Of a stretch of DNA of 64,000 nucleotides, positions 1-14,606 are shown piece after piece. The notes under the pieces were generated by a model. It did no database searches. It was not told the DNA's origin and saw nothing but the letters and a program-made list of their open reading frames with translations. Source of the DNA: Squalus acanthias (Eukaryota); contig CM059432.1 in NCBI GenBank assembly GCA_030390025.1, forward strand, positions 16,556,001 to 16,620,000, read 5' to 3'. Position 1 is the first letter of the stretch. Each line of letters opens with the position of its first letter. A program made the translations under genes and the position numbers.

Positions 1-1209
1 CCCCCTAAGGCGGCAAGAATGGGCCAACTCAGAAAAAAGAGCCATAAGCTAACAACAACAACCCCTTCATAAAACTTCGCCATGGGCAACAATCCAACCT
101 TGCAAGATACCCTCTCTATGGAGCCAGACCCATTGAGATTCCATGACCCATTGCCAAACTATCATGATCACACACCCAAAAAGTGCTCAATTCCCAGAGA
201 AACACAACTGTACAGACAACCCTCAGTATTTTCCTGCAAGTACTATGTGACAAAACTGTACATCACTTCACAAAATGGTGACTTCACACTATGTTTTCTT
301 GGGGTAAAAAAAGAAACAATGTTAGTTTTCAGCATTTTACCCTTTTGCAAGATGACAAAATGAAGCATTTTGGTTTATTTATTCATGCTAGATGGCACAA
401 ACAGGGTTAAAATTAGTGGTTTCTTCAAGCTGCACTATTCTGTCCAGAAATGCACCTGACAAATGTCTGGATAAGTGTTAATTTACAAGTTGTTCAAAGT
501 GACTGGAACAGATCAATGGGTTTCTCAGGAAGATGACAAAACATTCAATTCAAATACAATCATTCTGTTTATTCGCTTGTTCGACCGTTGGGTTTCACTA
601 CATTTACCTAGATATTCAGCAGATAAAGGCACATTCTGGTTTCGAGGGGATGCAATTTCCACTTATGGTAACAGCCAGTGAGCGGAGCAGAAGGAAAATA
701 TCTAGCGTAAAATCCTGAAAACTTAACAGTGGTGGCAGCTTGGTGCCATTAATCATCACTCAGACCTAAAGGATATTTAAGTGTTTTAAAGGACATTAAA
801 CAGTAGCAAACAGTAGTATTTTAAAATAGCTACAAAGTCTCAGTACAGTTGATTTAGCTCATAAATTTGGGATAATTTTGTTAAATCCAGTTGGATACCA
901 AAGTTTAAAAGAGGGAGATGACATAGATGGATTCTTTGTTGGCATTTGAATTATCAGCAAACCATCATAAGTTGAAAAAAGTTTGGGTGAGGAGTTTGTA
1001 ACATCACTTCAGTAAAGCACCCACAGCATTTTCACAGGTAGATAAATGGATAGTGTCGACTATGTTATTCTTATTGTTTAGTTGATCCCCTCAACTACTG
1101 GAAACACTCTGCTTCTCTTTACCCATCCTTTCATAATTTTAAATTCTATCATATCGCCCTGTAATCAGCACAAGGGAAAACAGCTTAGATTTTCATTCGT
1201 ATTTTTTTT

Positions 1210-2150
1210 TTTTTTTTTAACAGCCTCATTAATCTGAGGTGCTTCAGCTAATGTGCTATGAACCTGTATCCCAAATGCCTCTGCTCTTCCACAGCACCCA
1301 GCCTACTTCTCATTCAGAGTGTCATTACTGCTTTGTTTTAAAAAATCAAAATGTATAGCCTCACACTTATTGACACGATTTCCATCTGCCACTTTTTAGC
1401 CCATTCCACTATCTTACCAATATCCCTTTACAGCTACTTTTGATCTCCTAAAGATTTAACTACATTTCCTAGTTTGGAATCATAGCAGAATTTACCACCA
1501 CTCCCTCCAGGCCTATATCGAAATCATTAATATACACAGTGATTAGAAGTGGCCCCACAACTGAACCCTGTGGGACACCATTATCCACTTCCAACCACTC
1601 AAGAAAAACTGCCCTCAACTCCCACTGTTTTCTCCTAACTAATTTTTAATCCAGTTTGCAATCCCGCTAATTCCATATCCCTTAATCTTCTCTAGTAATC
1701 TCCCATGTGGTACCTTGTCAACGGCTTTCCTCAAATGGCAACACGGTGGCATAGTGGTTAGCACTGTTGCCTCACAGCGCCAGGAACCCGGGTTCGAATC
1801 TGGCCTCGGATGACTGTCTGTGTGGAGTTTGCACATTCTCCCCGTGTCTGCGTGGGTTTCCTCCGGGTCCTCCGGTTTCCTCCCGCAGTCCAAAGATGTG
1901 CGGGTTAGGTTGATTTGGCTATGATAAATTGACCCTTAGTGTTAGGGGGATTAAATACGTGGGGATAGGGTGGGATATGTGTCGGTGCAGGCTCGATGGA
2001 CCGAAATGGCCTCTATCTGCATTGTGGGGATTCTGTGAAATCCGTGTACACTCCATCTACCATATCTGTCAGCTCCTCGAAGAATTCTGAGGTTTATTAA
2101 ACATGATCATCCCGTTTGAAATCTGTGCTAGCTATTCCCATTTTCTCTTT
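1210..2150 (-). mobile_element. Decayed CR1-type LINE RT fragment, split by a SINE
   Basis: KAVDKVPHGRLLEKIKGYGI..WIKN motif and the SGVPQG-encoding region on the minus strand. Confidence 0.7.
1737..2035 (+). mobile_element. tRNA-derived HE1/V-SINE-type SINE
   Basis: A box (tggcatagtgg) and B box (gggttcgaatc), V-domain-like tgtggagtttgcacattctccccgtgtctgcgtgggtttcctccggg, and CR1-like tail gctcgatggaccgaaatggcct. Confidence 0.8.
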
Positions 2151-2169
2151 ATCGAGGTATGCAGTACAG

Positions 2170-4795
2170 TGCAAACCACTCAAGTGTAATTACTTGGGAC
2201 AACCTCGCAAATTGCAACAAAATGCTAATTTCTATAAAGTGGAAAGTATGAAAAGCAGCATAAATTAAGGATCACCTGCTGAACGACAACCTTCATTTGC
2301 CTAAATTTTATAACATCTTGCAAGGTTGACTACAGTACATTTTAAAAATTAAGAAAAATTCTTGCATCTCATGAGTTCTTTTTTTGTTGCATTGAACAAG
2401 TATTGCAACATCGTGCATCTTAAAGATGATTACAGTATAACATCTTAGCAAAGAAAGAAAAATGCTCAAGTCTTGCGAGTTTCTTTTTAATGCTGCGAAG
2501 AATTCTGTAATTAATTTTTTTGCTAGAGATCAGATGTCATCAACTTTCCCTTCCAGTAAATAAAATTCACCAAACACTTCACTATCTTTTGACTCAACCA
2601 ATCAATACATAACGCACAGAGCAGAATCTACCTCACTAACTTGGGGAATTTCCAGTTCTGACAAATCTTCATTTACATCCTCTGCAGCTTCTGTTTCCGA
2701 GTCTTTCAGAGAAGAAATGATTTCTGCATCAGTCATCTCTCCGCAGGTGTCAAAGGTCCGTCCATCAAAGCAGCAAGATTGAACTCCACCTCACTCAAAC
2801 TGCCTGGAATCCAGTGATCACCTTCCTCGCTAGAAATCAAACTGCAGTTACTGATGCAGCTGGTAGTGACTGCATTCCAAGCTCTACTGTATAAGTGCAT
2901 AGCATCCAACACTCTATAGCTTTTCATAACCTTTGGAATGCCAGTTTCCTTAGTGGAATCTAAAACAGAATCACCTTGTGCAGAAATTGCTTCTTGTAGT
3001 GTTTCTTCATGCTATGAATGACGCCTTGGTCCAGGGGCTGAAGGATGTAAGTGATGTTACATACAAGATTCTGAAGAGGATTGACAGGGTAGACGCTGAG
3101 AGGTTGTTTCCCCTGGCTGGAGTGTCGAGAACTAGGGGGCATAGTCTCAGGATAAGGGGTAGGCCATTTAGGATGAGGAGGAATTTCTTCACTCAGAGGG
3201 TTGTGAATCTTTGGAATTCTCTGCCCAGAGGGCTGTGGATGCTGAGTCTGAGTATATTCAAGGCTGAGAAAGATAGATTTTTGGACTCGTAGGGAATCAA
3301 GGGATATGGAGATCGGACGGGAAAGTGGAGTTGAGGTCGATGATCAGCCATGATCTTATTGAATGGCGGAACAGGCTCGAGGGGCCGTATGGCCTACTCC
3401 TGCTTATTTCTTATGTTCTTACATAGAATTTACACCACAGAAACAGGCCATTTGGCCCAACTGGTGTATATACTCCACACGAGCCTCCTCCCACCCTTTT
3501 CATCTAACCCTATCAGCATAACCTTCTATTCCTTTCCCCATCATGTGCTTATCTAGCTTCCCTTTAAATGCACCTATGCTAATCGCCTCAACTACTCCTT
3601 GTGGTAGTGAGTTCCCTTTCTTACCACTCTTTGGGCAAAGAGGTTTCTTTTGGATAAAGATTAAGAGCCACATCATGGCAAGTGGCAATCTCCATCAAAA
3701 GCACCACCTTCTTGCGCCGCATTCTCATCCCGGCATTAAAGGACCGTTGCTACTTTCCGAAAATTGTTTGCCTCATTCCAATCAGTTGGGAAAGTTTTCA
3801 CATTTTTGTAGCATGTTTTTCCCAATGACAAGAGGTTTCACCTTGTCCATAACCACGCAACAATGCAAGGTGTTCTTTTCTCATTTTGCCACCGCTCATC
3901 TTCTCTCCTTCATTTGCGTAGGTTTGATCAGACATGGCATGATAGAAAAGTCTTAATCTCATTGCTATTGTAATGCAGTCACATGGATACACTGCTGACA
4001 AACCCGGCAACACTTCCTCAGTCCATGCATTTGCAGCAGATTTGTCACTCCGCATTTTCACCACACAGCTTGTTGTAATCAAGGTTATGTCTCACTTTCC
4101 AGCAGCACAGGAATTTGATGCTTCAAAGCTTTCCACACAGAGTTCTTTGGCAAGCTCATTAGCTTTCAACAGGCAGCCACCAAGCAGGATTTTCCGAGCT
4201 CTTTTGTGATTCAACCACCTAAGCAGCGCTTCATCAACATCAGCCATCTTACTTTCACGCTTTCATTTCCTAGCTCAGTTCTCATTTCTTGCCCAGTCTT
4301 TCAAGATGTCCGCTTTTCTTTCCAAAATTCTAGAAACCGGAGATTCAGAATGCCATGCTTCTATGTTAGCTTTTGAATCCTCAATCCCATCAAACTGTTC
4401 AAAATGTCGACTTGCTCGTGAAGCAAGTCACGGTGCTTTTTTGTTGAGCCATCTGGAAATTTGTCTTACATTCTTCCTCACCCATACAACACGAAAAAAT
4501 ATGTGGAGACAAAGCCAAACCGGTTCTTAAGCACGTTAAACACCAAACCCAATCAGATTGAGAGGTAAAAGCCTCAGATTCAAAGGCGACAAATCTCGTT
4601 AAAGCAAAGTTTTATGTGTGCCACATTTGCACACCAGCAGGAACTGCAATAAATGGAATTGAAATAAAAGGAACTTTTCACAACTGGAAGTATGGGGGGG
4701 GGGGGGGGTGGGAGAGGAGAAATGGGACGTTAGAAATGGTTGCGTTAAAACAGGAAATGCAATTAAGCGAGTTGCAAATAAATGGGTACGACTAA
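2170..4795 (-). mobile_element. Decayed Tigger/pogo-family DNA transposon (CENP-B-type HTH plus DDE remnant), interrupted by LINE tails
   Basis: Fragments ILQPLDQGVIHSMKKHYKK, AWNAVTTSCISNC, LFYHAMSDQTY...GGKMRKE and DVDEALLRW; frameshifted; ends not resolved. Confidence 0.75.
3060..3640. mobile_element. Two CR1 3'-end fragments (plus, then minus) inserted in the Tigger element
   Basis: YKILKRIDRVDAERLFPLAGVSRTRGHSLRIRGRPF and ggccgtatggcctactcctg tail, followed by a reverse tail. Confidence 0.85.
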
Positions 4796-5796
4796 TTTCA
4801 TCCTTAAAGAATCTAAAATTTTCCCTACTGCAGATGTTAATCTAATTGGCCTATAATTATCCAAATCAGCTCAGTCTCCCTTTTAAAAATGTTGGGTCAC
4901 TTTCCATTCCTCTAGCAAACTTATTCGAGCCCTGAAATATAATTTCTAGGGCCTCTGCAATTTCCTCTCTCAGGATCCGAGAATGCATCCTATCAGACAC
5001 CAGTGCTTTTTCTTCCTTTAGCTGAACTAACTTATCTAAAATTTAACTTTTATTCGGCATAGTATCATTCATCTCCCTCAGTCATTTCAGGATTCACTTC
5101 CTCTTCCCTTTAGTAAAAACCGCTAATAAGTACTTTTTAAATACCTCTGCCATTTTTTGATCATCATCTAAAAATGGACAAACCTGTCCTCTCGGGGTCC
5201 CACCTTGCTTTTAACAATTTTCTACTGATATACTTGTAAAATACTTGACTGTTCCTTTTGATATTTAAAAAAAATTCCTCATGCTCTTTAGCTTTCCTCA
5301 TCCCTCTCGTAATCTTGTGTACAGGGTTTTACAGGGTCCCAGATGTACTTATGGTCAGGATTTGGCTGGAATAGCCTATTTGGACATGAGTGAAAGTAGG
5401 GGTTTAAGTAACCATCACGTTTGAGGTTCTAATAGGAAGTGATGTGGATATTGAAGGCAAGTGCTAGACCCACTTAGCAGAGATGAGACCAAGACTGCAA
5501 GGGAGAACACAGGCTTTATTAACCCAATACGGTCAGCTATAGTGGATATTGACATCATGGCACAGGATTCACTCACCTGACCAGTGTCAGGGGGCAGTAT
5601 GTTTTCAGGGCAAGGGAGTACAGTGGAAACATGTGAAGTAGTGGCAAGTCACGTGCCAAATGTTTTTAATGGATTGTCTAGGAAATTCGAATAGCGAGAC
5701 CAAAGTGGGGCTGAAGGAGGTGCAGATTTTTGACCCCACTGGTGGGACTGGCAGAGGAACATAGGCAGAGAGCTCAGACCTCACAAAACATTTTTG

Positions 5797-6596
5797 GGGA
5801 AAAATTGGGTATCACCCATTTTGGGGCGCTAATATCGGCCAGGCGCAAAGTTTAGCACCCGGCGCCAATTATCACCTCCGACTACAAAATTCACCTCTAT
5901 CACCCCTGGAGGTGATTGGAGCGTTAAATCAGGCACTACACACTTCTCTTAAGGCGCAAACGTCGGGGAGCGAGGCGCTACCTCAGAATGCTACCGAAGC
6001 TCAGGCGATGTCAGTTACCATGGAAGCCAGACAGACTGGCGCTTCCAGTTCTTAAAGGGGAGGGGCCATCTTGCTGGCCAGCCACACCCTACTCATTGCA
6101 ACCTTGAATCTCGGCCTGGAGAGACCTCTAAAGTAATTGTGTTGGAAGCACTAATGGATAGGCCCAGGGAAAGAGCTCGGCGCTTAGGAACCTCAAAAGT
6201 GGTGCTGAGGGCCAAAACTCCTTAGGACAGCGTTAAATTTCTCCAGACGTCTCTCTCCCTCTCAACCTGCGTGTACCAAAAATGTTGCCGACAAGAAAAG
6301 GCAGGAAGTGCCCACCTTTAAATAGTGCTCCCCCAACCCCTTCCCGACTTGAAAACGTTCCCCTCTACCTGTCGTTCCTAGTGGCAGGCAGAAAGCGCGA
6401 CTCAATATCCGGTCCGGGGCGCTACACGCTCGACTGATGTCACGATCTGCGGGCGCAGGAGATCGTTGCGGTAGTGTTTAGTGCCACCGCAAAACGACTG
6501 GTCAATTTCGCGAGCGGTGCTAAAATCGCTGCACTCAGGCGCTAAGTTCCTAGCGCCCCCCCCCCCGGAGGCGCTAACCAACCAAATTTTTCCTCC
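5797..6596. mobile_element. GC-rich non-autonomous DNA transposon (MITE-like, probably PIF/Harbinger group)
   Basis: Imperfect terminal inverted repeats ggggaaaaattgg / ccaaatttttcctcc with gcgcta/tagcgc-rich subtermini; similar to 21645-22202. Confidence 0.6.
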
Positions 6597-6649
6597 TACA
6601 AGTTTAAAGATGCACTTGATCCTTCAAACTATTCTCCATTCACTTAGGG

Positions 6650-7670
6650 GTGTCTGAAATGGCACGAAAACAAATCCACACCACAACTTGTACCAGGTGA
6701 GATAGACTTGTGTATTACTTACGCAAGGGAAGGATGCATCATCCAACCCCACTTCAGCTTGGTGGACAAACCCTCAGGGACAGGTGGTGGCAAAGCCTAT
6801 GTGTAACGTCTAGCCACCATCAGTGAACAGGGCTGGTGGATTGAGAAATTTGGCCAAGAGGCAAATGTGGCACTATGATGCCAGCCAGGCAACACCCGCA
6901 TCCTTTGCAATGCAATGCACAAGACCGTAGCAAAAGCAAAGTACCAATGGTGCTAGGCAGAGGAGTGGCATGCCCATCAGCCCTGTGCACCACAGCCCAT
7001 GGAATACTTAGAGCTGGGAGGGTTTGCAGGCCATTGTGATGTGCCGAATGCATGCACACAGTCCTCACAAGTAAGGCATTGGACTCACATGTGAGGAAGC
7101 TTTTGAAGCAGTGGTGGGGAGGGATCTGAAGTGACAATATTGAAGCAGTTTTGTCTGTGATGGATTGGTCATTGGATTTTTCCTTGCCAGATGGTGTACA
7201 CAGGGTGAAAATTAGGTACAGTTATTTGTTTCCTCAAACTGCAGAGAACATGCATGACGTTTTGAAAAACTGTAAACCATTTGATAAGGATTGTCAGTTA
7301 GTAAAGAGCCTTAGCGACATTCTCTCCAGCAGTGTCCTTGATAGGTGTCTAGATAGCCTGAGCCTTGGTCTGACACAGTGCGCATTCTTCTGCCTAACAA
7401 CGACAAAGAGATTACATGGCAGCAGGTGGTATATTCCAGTAAGGTGCAGAACAATGACCAAGGTTCTCTGTTTGAACCCCAGAACTCGCTGTGCTTCCTT
7501 AGATCTTGGACAGGTTCTTAGGGGATGAGGTCTGCTTGTGGGAGTGGCCAATGACACTGAACCCAAGGAAAATATTTTGTGCAAAAATGGAAGTGAGGAG
7601 TTAAACAGGAGAGTACTGGATAGCCCCTTATGCTTTACAAAACACTGTCCTGTAACTTTTGTACAATCTT
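6650..7670 (-). mobile_element. Highly decayed non-LTR element, possibly a Tx1/L1 3' region
   Basis: Weak resemblance to the C-terminal Cys/His region (LxVR..MH..GCG..H); many stops. Confidence 0.3.
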
Positions 7671-8244
7671 CCATTAAATCTTGCAGTAGTTTATTAAATA
7701 ATTAGAATACTCATCATCAAGGTCACCTGAATCATTGAAACCAAAATTAATATTTCAACTGGCTAACAAGTGAGCCTAAAAGTTCTGGCTCATATCAATT
7801 TGCTTTATGGATCAATGTCAATTTAAGTTTACTGCAGTAAAAGGTTGAAAGAATAAATTTTGCAGTGAGTCAGTTAATCGGTTTCTTTGGCACGCTTTGA
7901 CTGACATCAAAAAACGAGTTACTCAAAAGCAGCACATTATAGGTTAGATGCAGGGCTTATGGACAGCTAAACTGAACCACAATTTTAGACAAGATAAATT
8001 AACATTACCAGTGCAACTGCTAGCAGTTTGAAGTTTTATGTACGTTAAGCAGTCCTCTTCTGTGACTGTCAACATCAAAGAAGAAAGATGGTTCATGTTT
8101 TTCTAAACAAATAAACTTTGGCTCTTTACAACTTCAAAAAATTGAGCGTCCTGGTGATTTTTAATTACATACTTATATGTAGGCAGAAAAATTCAACTGT
8201 TAACAAAAATGAAAGCGCATGGAATAGGAGGCAACCTACTGACA

Positions 8245-8555
8245 GGGGTAGAGAATTGGTTAGAAATCAGAGAGTTGGGATAATGGGTATGTACTTAAGT
8301 TGGCAGGATGTGACTAGTGGTGTCCCCCAGGGATCTGTACTAGGGCCTCAGCTTTTCACTATATTTATAAATGACTTGGATGAAGGAATAGAGAGCCATA
8401 TATCCACGTTTCCTGATGACACCAAGTTAGGTGGCACAGTAAATAGTGTGGATGGGAGCAGAAAGTTGCAAAGGTACATTGATAGATTAAGGTGAGTGGG
8501 CAAAACTGTGGCAGATGGAGTTAAATGTGGGGAAGTGTGAAGTCATCCACTTTAG
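8245..8555 (+). mobile_element. CR1 RT fragment
   Basis: [45 protein letters not shown]. Confidence 0.85.
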
Positions 8556-10344
8556 ATACTTATCCATCTCTTTCTCAAAATGGTTAACTGACATAGCATT
8601 AAGCGCTTTTGCTAAATTCCTGTTCCACATATTCATCACTCTGCAGGTTCTGATCTTGAGTCCCAGTTAATGCTGGCTAAGCTTTGTATCAACTTGTTCT
8701 GTGATCACAGACCATGTTAAATAGCCTGCTTAGACTGATATCATCTTTGTGCCTCTATTTTAAAAATAAACCTGGAGTATATTCATTACAGTTCAGTGAT
8801 TCTTTCTTTGTAAATTAGAGCGCCAAGTCCCAGGATCATTGCTCTCTTCTCCAAACTCTCTTTGAATCAGCAGTGGGGATAATTTTGAACTTCACAGCCT
8901 GGGTGATAACCTGGTGGACCACATTGACAGCCTTTGTACAGCCTGCCCCGTTTTCATTCCATTGACTTCAATGGGATGAAAGTTGGGCGGGTTCTACAAC
9001 GGATGGCTGATCCTTTTCCTTTCACACTTGTGCTAATGAACAGGCAGAAAAGTGGAGTTGAGGCCAAGATCAAATCAGCCATGATCTTATTGAATGGCGG
9101 AGCAGGCTCGAGGGGCCGAATGGCCTACTCCTGCTCCTATTTCTTATGTTCTATGTTCTTGTGTTCTTGTGTTCTTATGAACATCCATTCGTTGTTTACA
9201 TGCTTCATGTTTCTGGCTTCAATGTGCATTACCTTCCATTTATCGACATTAAAATCCATCTACATTCACAAGCCCATGCACACAACAGTGTGATTGCTTC
9301 CCTACCTGAAGGGAGACATATTAAAATAAATTACACTTTCAGCTTGAGTGCTGCTTTGGAAAGGGGAGATATTCTGTCAATAACACTGATCCACATATCT
9401 GCATTAGTGCATTAAATTGTAGTCCAATGAACAAATCCCAAGTGGATTTATAAATCACTTAATTATGAATAGAACCTGTTAAGATAAACTACTAACATAA
9501 ATCTTCATTTAGGGATATCAGTTTTCCACTTAATTCTTTTGCAAGGGCAGAACTTAGACACTAATTTCATTTTCTCTCTGCTGACAGACTATGTGCTACT
9601 GTGCACTTCTTACAGTGACCATAAATACAGCATCCAAATACTGTAATTGCTGAATTAAAGTTATATGTCATTCTAAGAGCAAAATACCATTCCTATTATT
9701 GGTCTTAATTACATAGAAATACCACAAGTAACAGAACCCTCACAAAGCTTAGGAAAATATTTCACGAATCAATTGATATCTATTCCTTTGGAATGTCAAT
9801 ACTCCCTGTAGTTGTTTTTTTAAAAAAAAACTTGTAACCCTAACATTTGTATGGTTGCCAAATAATGAAAATCCCAAATTTCAACTCTTCAGTTTCAATA
9901 GATTGATGGCATGAGGCACTACATTACAAACTGATTTTTCAGTGTTGTCACTAGCTTATTTAACATGTAGTTCACAGTTTGAGCAAGAGCACCTGACTGA
10001 GGAAGGCATTCCAATGAACAGAATGCACATTATAATAAGCTGCTTTCAACAGGAGTATGTTTTCTTCCTTTTATTCAATACAGGACTGCATCCAAATCAG
10101 TCACTGCCCTAGTCTCATCTATATTGTACACGCTCCTCGACAGCAATGTACAATTTCTGCAGGAACACTCGTAAGGGAAGGGTGCTAAATATAAACCCAC
10201 TAAAAAACATTCAAGCTGCTGCAACAAAATCTGGCCCATTGAGCTTTGATACCGTTCACCTCATCAGTTTCTGGATTTATAATGTTTCACTTAATATAGC
10301 AAATGTGTAGCATTTGCATATTGCATTTGATAATAAAGGAAAAG

Positions 10345-10715
10345 AACTTGCATTCTATAGTGCATTTCACGAGCTCAGTACATCCCAAGGCACGTTACAG
10401 CCAATGAAGTACTTGAGAAGTGTAGTCACTGTTGTAATAGAAGGAAACACAGCAGCCAATTTGCACACAGCAAGGTCCCACAAACAGCAATGTGATATGA
10501 CCAAATAATCTGCTTGTTTATTGATGTTGGTTGAGGAATTATTGGGCAGGACACAAGGAGAACTTCCCTGCTCTTCTTCGAATAGTGCCATGGGAAATTT
10601 TCTGTCCACCTGCAAAGGCAGACGGACCTTGGTTTAACGCCTCATCCGAAAGCCAGCACCTCCAACAGTGCACCACTCCCTCAGTACTACACTGAGTGTC
10701 AGCCTAGATTATGGG
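10345..10715 (-). mobile_element. Deu-domain-type SINE (SacSINE1/AmnSINE1-like)
   Basis: Reverse complement matches the copy at 32600-32970. Confidence 0.75.
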
Positions 10716-10799
10716 CCCAAGTCAGAAAAGGAAGCCAAATCATAACTGCAATTTATTTTGTGCAAAACAGAATCAAAAGAAAATGAGAACTTCTTCCTA

Positions 10800-11039
<240 letters not shown>

Positions 11040-11904
11040 TTAATTTTATTAAACTAGTGTAGTTTTATAGTGAACTCTGCTTACAGCAGTTTGTCTATAG
11101 AATTCAGCAAACCACACAAATCATACCTGCCCAAACTAAACTGAAGTTTACAAGATGCACTGATTTCACTGCACAGGATTATTGGTTTACTCAGGGAAAA
11201 CAACAAGTTTTGTACACGTGTTAACATGTTAAATACCTAATGTAAAACCCAGATTGCCTCTGGGACACAATCCTCCAAATATCCCTGGTCTGACGCTCTA
11301 AGCTTCCTTGTATGTTATCCACTGCATTAGCCAGAATGAGCTATGTCAATGCGTTATGATCACAATCAGCTAGTCCCACTCCCCCGCCCGGGGAAAGGGC
11401 GAGGGAGTGGGACTAGCTGAAGTGCTCTTGCAGAGAGCCTGCACGGGCTCGATGGGCCGAATGGCCTCCTTCTGTGCTGTAACCATTCTATGATTTGTCG
11501 GGCCCAATTACGATTTCTACTGAATATACCAAAATTAAATCTGCTATAAACAATTGATACTATACTTTAGAAAACTGAACAGGAAGTTCAAATGGTCTCT
11601 GAAATATAAACATCTTGCATTTATATAGCACCTTTAACGTAATAAAATTAAGTTTATCTTAGTAACCGTGAAGCATTATTTGAGAAAGCTGTGGGAGGAC
11701 AAAAAATGTGAGATTAAAGAGGCGTTTTAGTTAAATGGGAGTTAGGTGGTGATTAAAATTCATCAATCTAAGATTAAGCAAAAAGTATTCAACCAGTGGA
11801 TTGAATGAAGAAAGTAGAGATGATTATTGAAAGAAGCATGAGCAGCCTTAAGACATATAGGAAAGAGCAAGATGCAGGGTTTGCAGAGAGTTGCAGGAGT
11901 TATA

Positions 11905-13050
11905 TCGAGTGTACAGGCCATTCGGCCCAACTGGTCTATGCCAGGGTTTATGCTCCACATGAGCCTCCTCCCACCCTACTTCATCTAACCCCATCAGTAT
12001 ATCCTTCGATTCCTTTCTCCCTTACGTGCTTATCTAGCTTCCCCTTAAATGCATCTATATATTATTTGCCTCAACTACTCCTTGCGGTAGCAGGTTCCAC
12101 ATTCTTACGATTCTTTTGGTCAAGATGTTTCTCCTGGATTTATTAGTGACTATCTTATAAATTATAACCTCGAGTTTTGGACTCCCCCACAAGTGGAAAC
12201 AGTTTCTCTACGTCTACCCAATCAAAGCCTTTCATTTTCTTAAAGACATCTATCAGGTCACCCTTAACTTTCTCATTTCTACAGAAAAGAGCACCAACCT
12301 GTTCAGCCTTCCCTGTTGAGCATATGCACTCAGTTCTGGTATCATCTCCTTTTTTTACACTTTCTCCTGTGCCTCTATATCCTTTTTATAATATGGAGCT
12401 CAGAACTGTGCATAGTACTCCAAGTGTGGTCTAACCAAGGTTCGATACAAGTTTAACAGAACACCTCTGCTTTTCAATTCTATCCCTCTGGAAATTAACC
12501 CCAGTGTTTGGTTTGCTTTTTTTTAATGACCTTATTAACCTGCGTCGCTACTTTTAGTGATTTGTGTATCTGTACCTCTAGATCACTTTGCTCCTCTGCC
12601 CCATTCAGACTCTTATTATCCAAGCAATATGTGGCCTCCTCATTCTTCCTACCAAAATGCACCACCTCACACATACCTATATTGAATTTCATTTGCCAAT
12701 TACACACTCACTCTGCAAGTTTATTAATGTCTTCCTGTATTTTATAGCATTCTTCCTTTGTATTAATTACACCTCCCAATTTGGTGTCGTCCGCAAATCT
12801 TGAAATTTGTACTTCCAATTCCCGAGTCCAAATCACAACCGTGGTCCCAGCACTGATCCCTGTGTAACACCACCTTCCACCTTTTGCCAGTCTGAGCAGA
12901 TACCCTTAACCTCTACTCTCTGTTTTCTGTTTTGTAGCTAGCTTGCTATCCATTCTGCTACCTGTCCCCTGATTCTACATGCTCTTACCATAGTCATGAG
13001 TCTACTATGCGGTACCTCACCTTTGAAAATCCAAATATATTACATCTATT
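11905..13050 (-). mobile_element. CR1 LINE 3' portion, decayed
   Basis: WQMKFNIGMCEVVHFGRKN...LKVATQVNK motifs; same subfamily as 58860-60120. Confidence 0.85.
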
Positions 13051-14204
13051 TTTGTTGTATAGGAGTTTGTGGTGGTTTAAAAAGCAGGGCTTTGAAGGCA
13101 GTAATTACTCCAGTAACATGCATTAGGCTAGTTAAGGAGAATTAGGTCAGGCACATCAAATAAATAGCTTGACATGGCCCGTAATTTCCTGAAAGGATGT
13201 AACCGGCAAGTTACGGCAAAAGTTACGCCAATACCTGCATCGGTTACGGCAACATTTCTAAAGATTCTCAAAGCTTGGTCAAAGAGTTGTCATTTAAGGA
13301 GGGTTTTGAAGGAGGTGAGTGAGGTGGAGATGGAGAGGGTGAATGGAGGGATTCCAAAGCATGAAGCACAGCCACAAAAGGTTGCACAGAATACGAGAGT
13401 CCAAAAAAATGAAGTCTTCGGGGGGCAGGGGCTGGAGGTTACAGAGATAGGGAAGGGTGAGGCCATAAAGGGATATAAACACAATGATATTTTAAATTGG
13501 AAGCATTGGGGGACCAGGAGCCAATGTAGGTCAGCGAGCACAGGGGTGATAGATGAGAAGCAGCTGGTGTAGTATAAGATACGTGCAGCAGTTTTGGATG
13601 AGCTGAAGGAGGATGTGAGGCTGGCCAGCAGGCCACTGCAATAGTAGGGTCTGGAGGTGACAACAGTATGAATGAGAGTTTCAGCAGAGGGCAGAGGCAA
13701 GGACAGAGACAGGCAATGTTACGGAGATGTAAGTAAGCGGTCTTTATTATGAAGAGTATACGGGGTCAGAAGCCCAACTTCGAGTTGAATACGATGCCGA
13801 GATTGCAAAGAGTCTGGTTCGACCAGAGACAATGGCACGGAGGGCGATGGTATCAGTGGCAAGGGTAAGGAGTTGGTAGCATGGACAAAGACGAAGGCTC
13901 TTCCCTTCATGTTACCTGGAGGAAGTTGTAGCTCACCCAAGACTGGATATCGGTCTAGTACTCTGACAACACAGTGACAGCAAAAGGGTTGAGACAGGTT
14001 GTGGAGAGGTAGAACTGGGCGGTCAATGTACATGTGGCAGCTGACTCCATGTCTACGGATATTGTCGCCAAGGTGCAGCATGTAAATGAGGAAGTGGACG
14101 TGGCCAGAAACAGATCCTTGGGGAACTCCTGAGGTTATGATGCAGGGCAGGAAGAGAAGCTATTGCTGGAGATGGTCTGGCTATAATCAAATGGGTAAGG
14201 GTTT

Positions 14205-14606
14205 TTAATTTATTCACTGGATGTGGGCATCACTGGCAAGTCCAGCATTTATTGCCCATCCCCAATTGCCCTTGAGAAGGTGGTGAGTTGCCTTCTTAAA
14301 CTGCTGCAGTCACAGTTTGATACAACTGAGTGGCTTGCTCGACCATTTCAGAGGGCAGTTAAGAGTCACATACAGGCCAGACCAGATAAAGACGGCAGAT
14401 TTCCGTCCCTAAAGGACATCAGTGAACCAGCTGGGTTTTTACGGTAGTTTCATGGCCACCATTACTGACACTAGCTTTTTATTCCAGATTTTATTTAATT
14501 AACTAAATTTAAATTTCCCAGCTGGTGGGATTTGAACTCATGTCTCCGGATCATTACTCCAGGCATCTAGATTACTAGTCCAGTAACATAACCACTATGC
14601 TACCAT
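14205..14606 (-). mobile_element. tRNA-derived SINE with Meta-like central domain
   Basis: Reverse complement matches 21598-22540 and 33510-33925 (ctggttcactaatgtcctttagggaaggaaatctgccgtcctt core). Confidence 0.75.

Noticed and set aside
1737..1810. tRNA gene
   Set aside because: The tRNA-like head runs straight into a SINE body and LINE-derived tail.
5560..5590. Strong minus-strand donor CAG|gtgagt as a PTK2 exon end
   Set aside because: The upstream sequence gives no FAK-like peptide and sits among repeat fragments.
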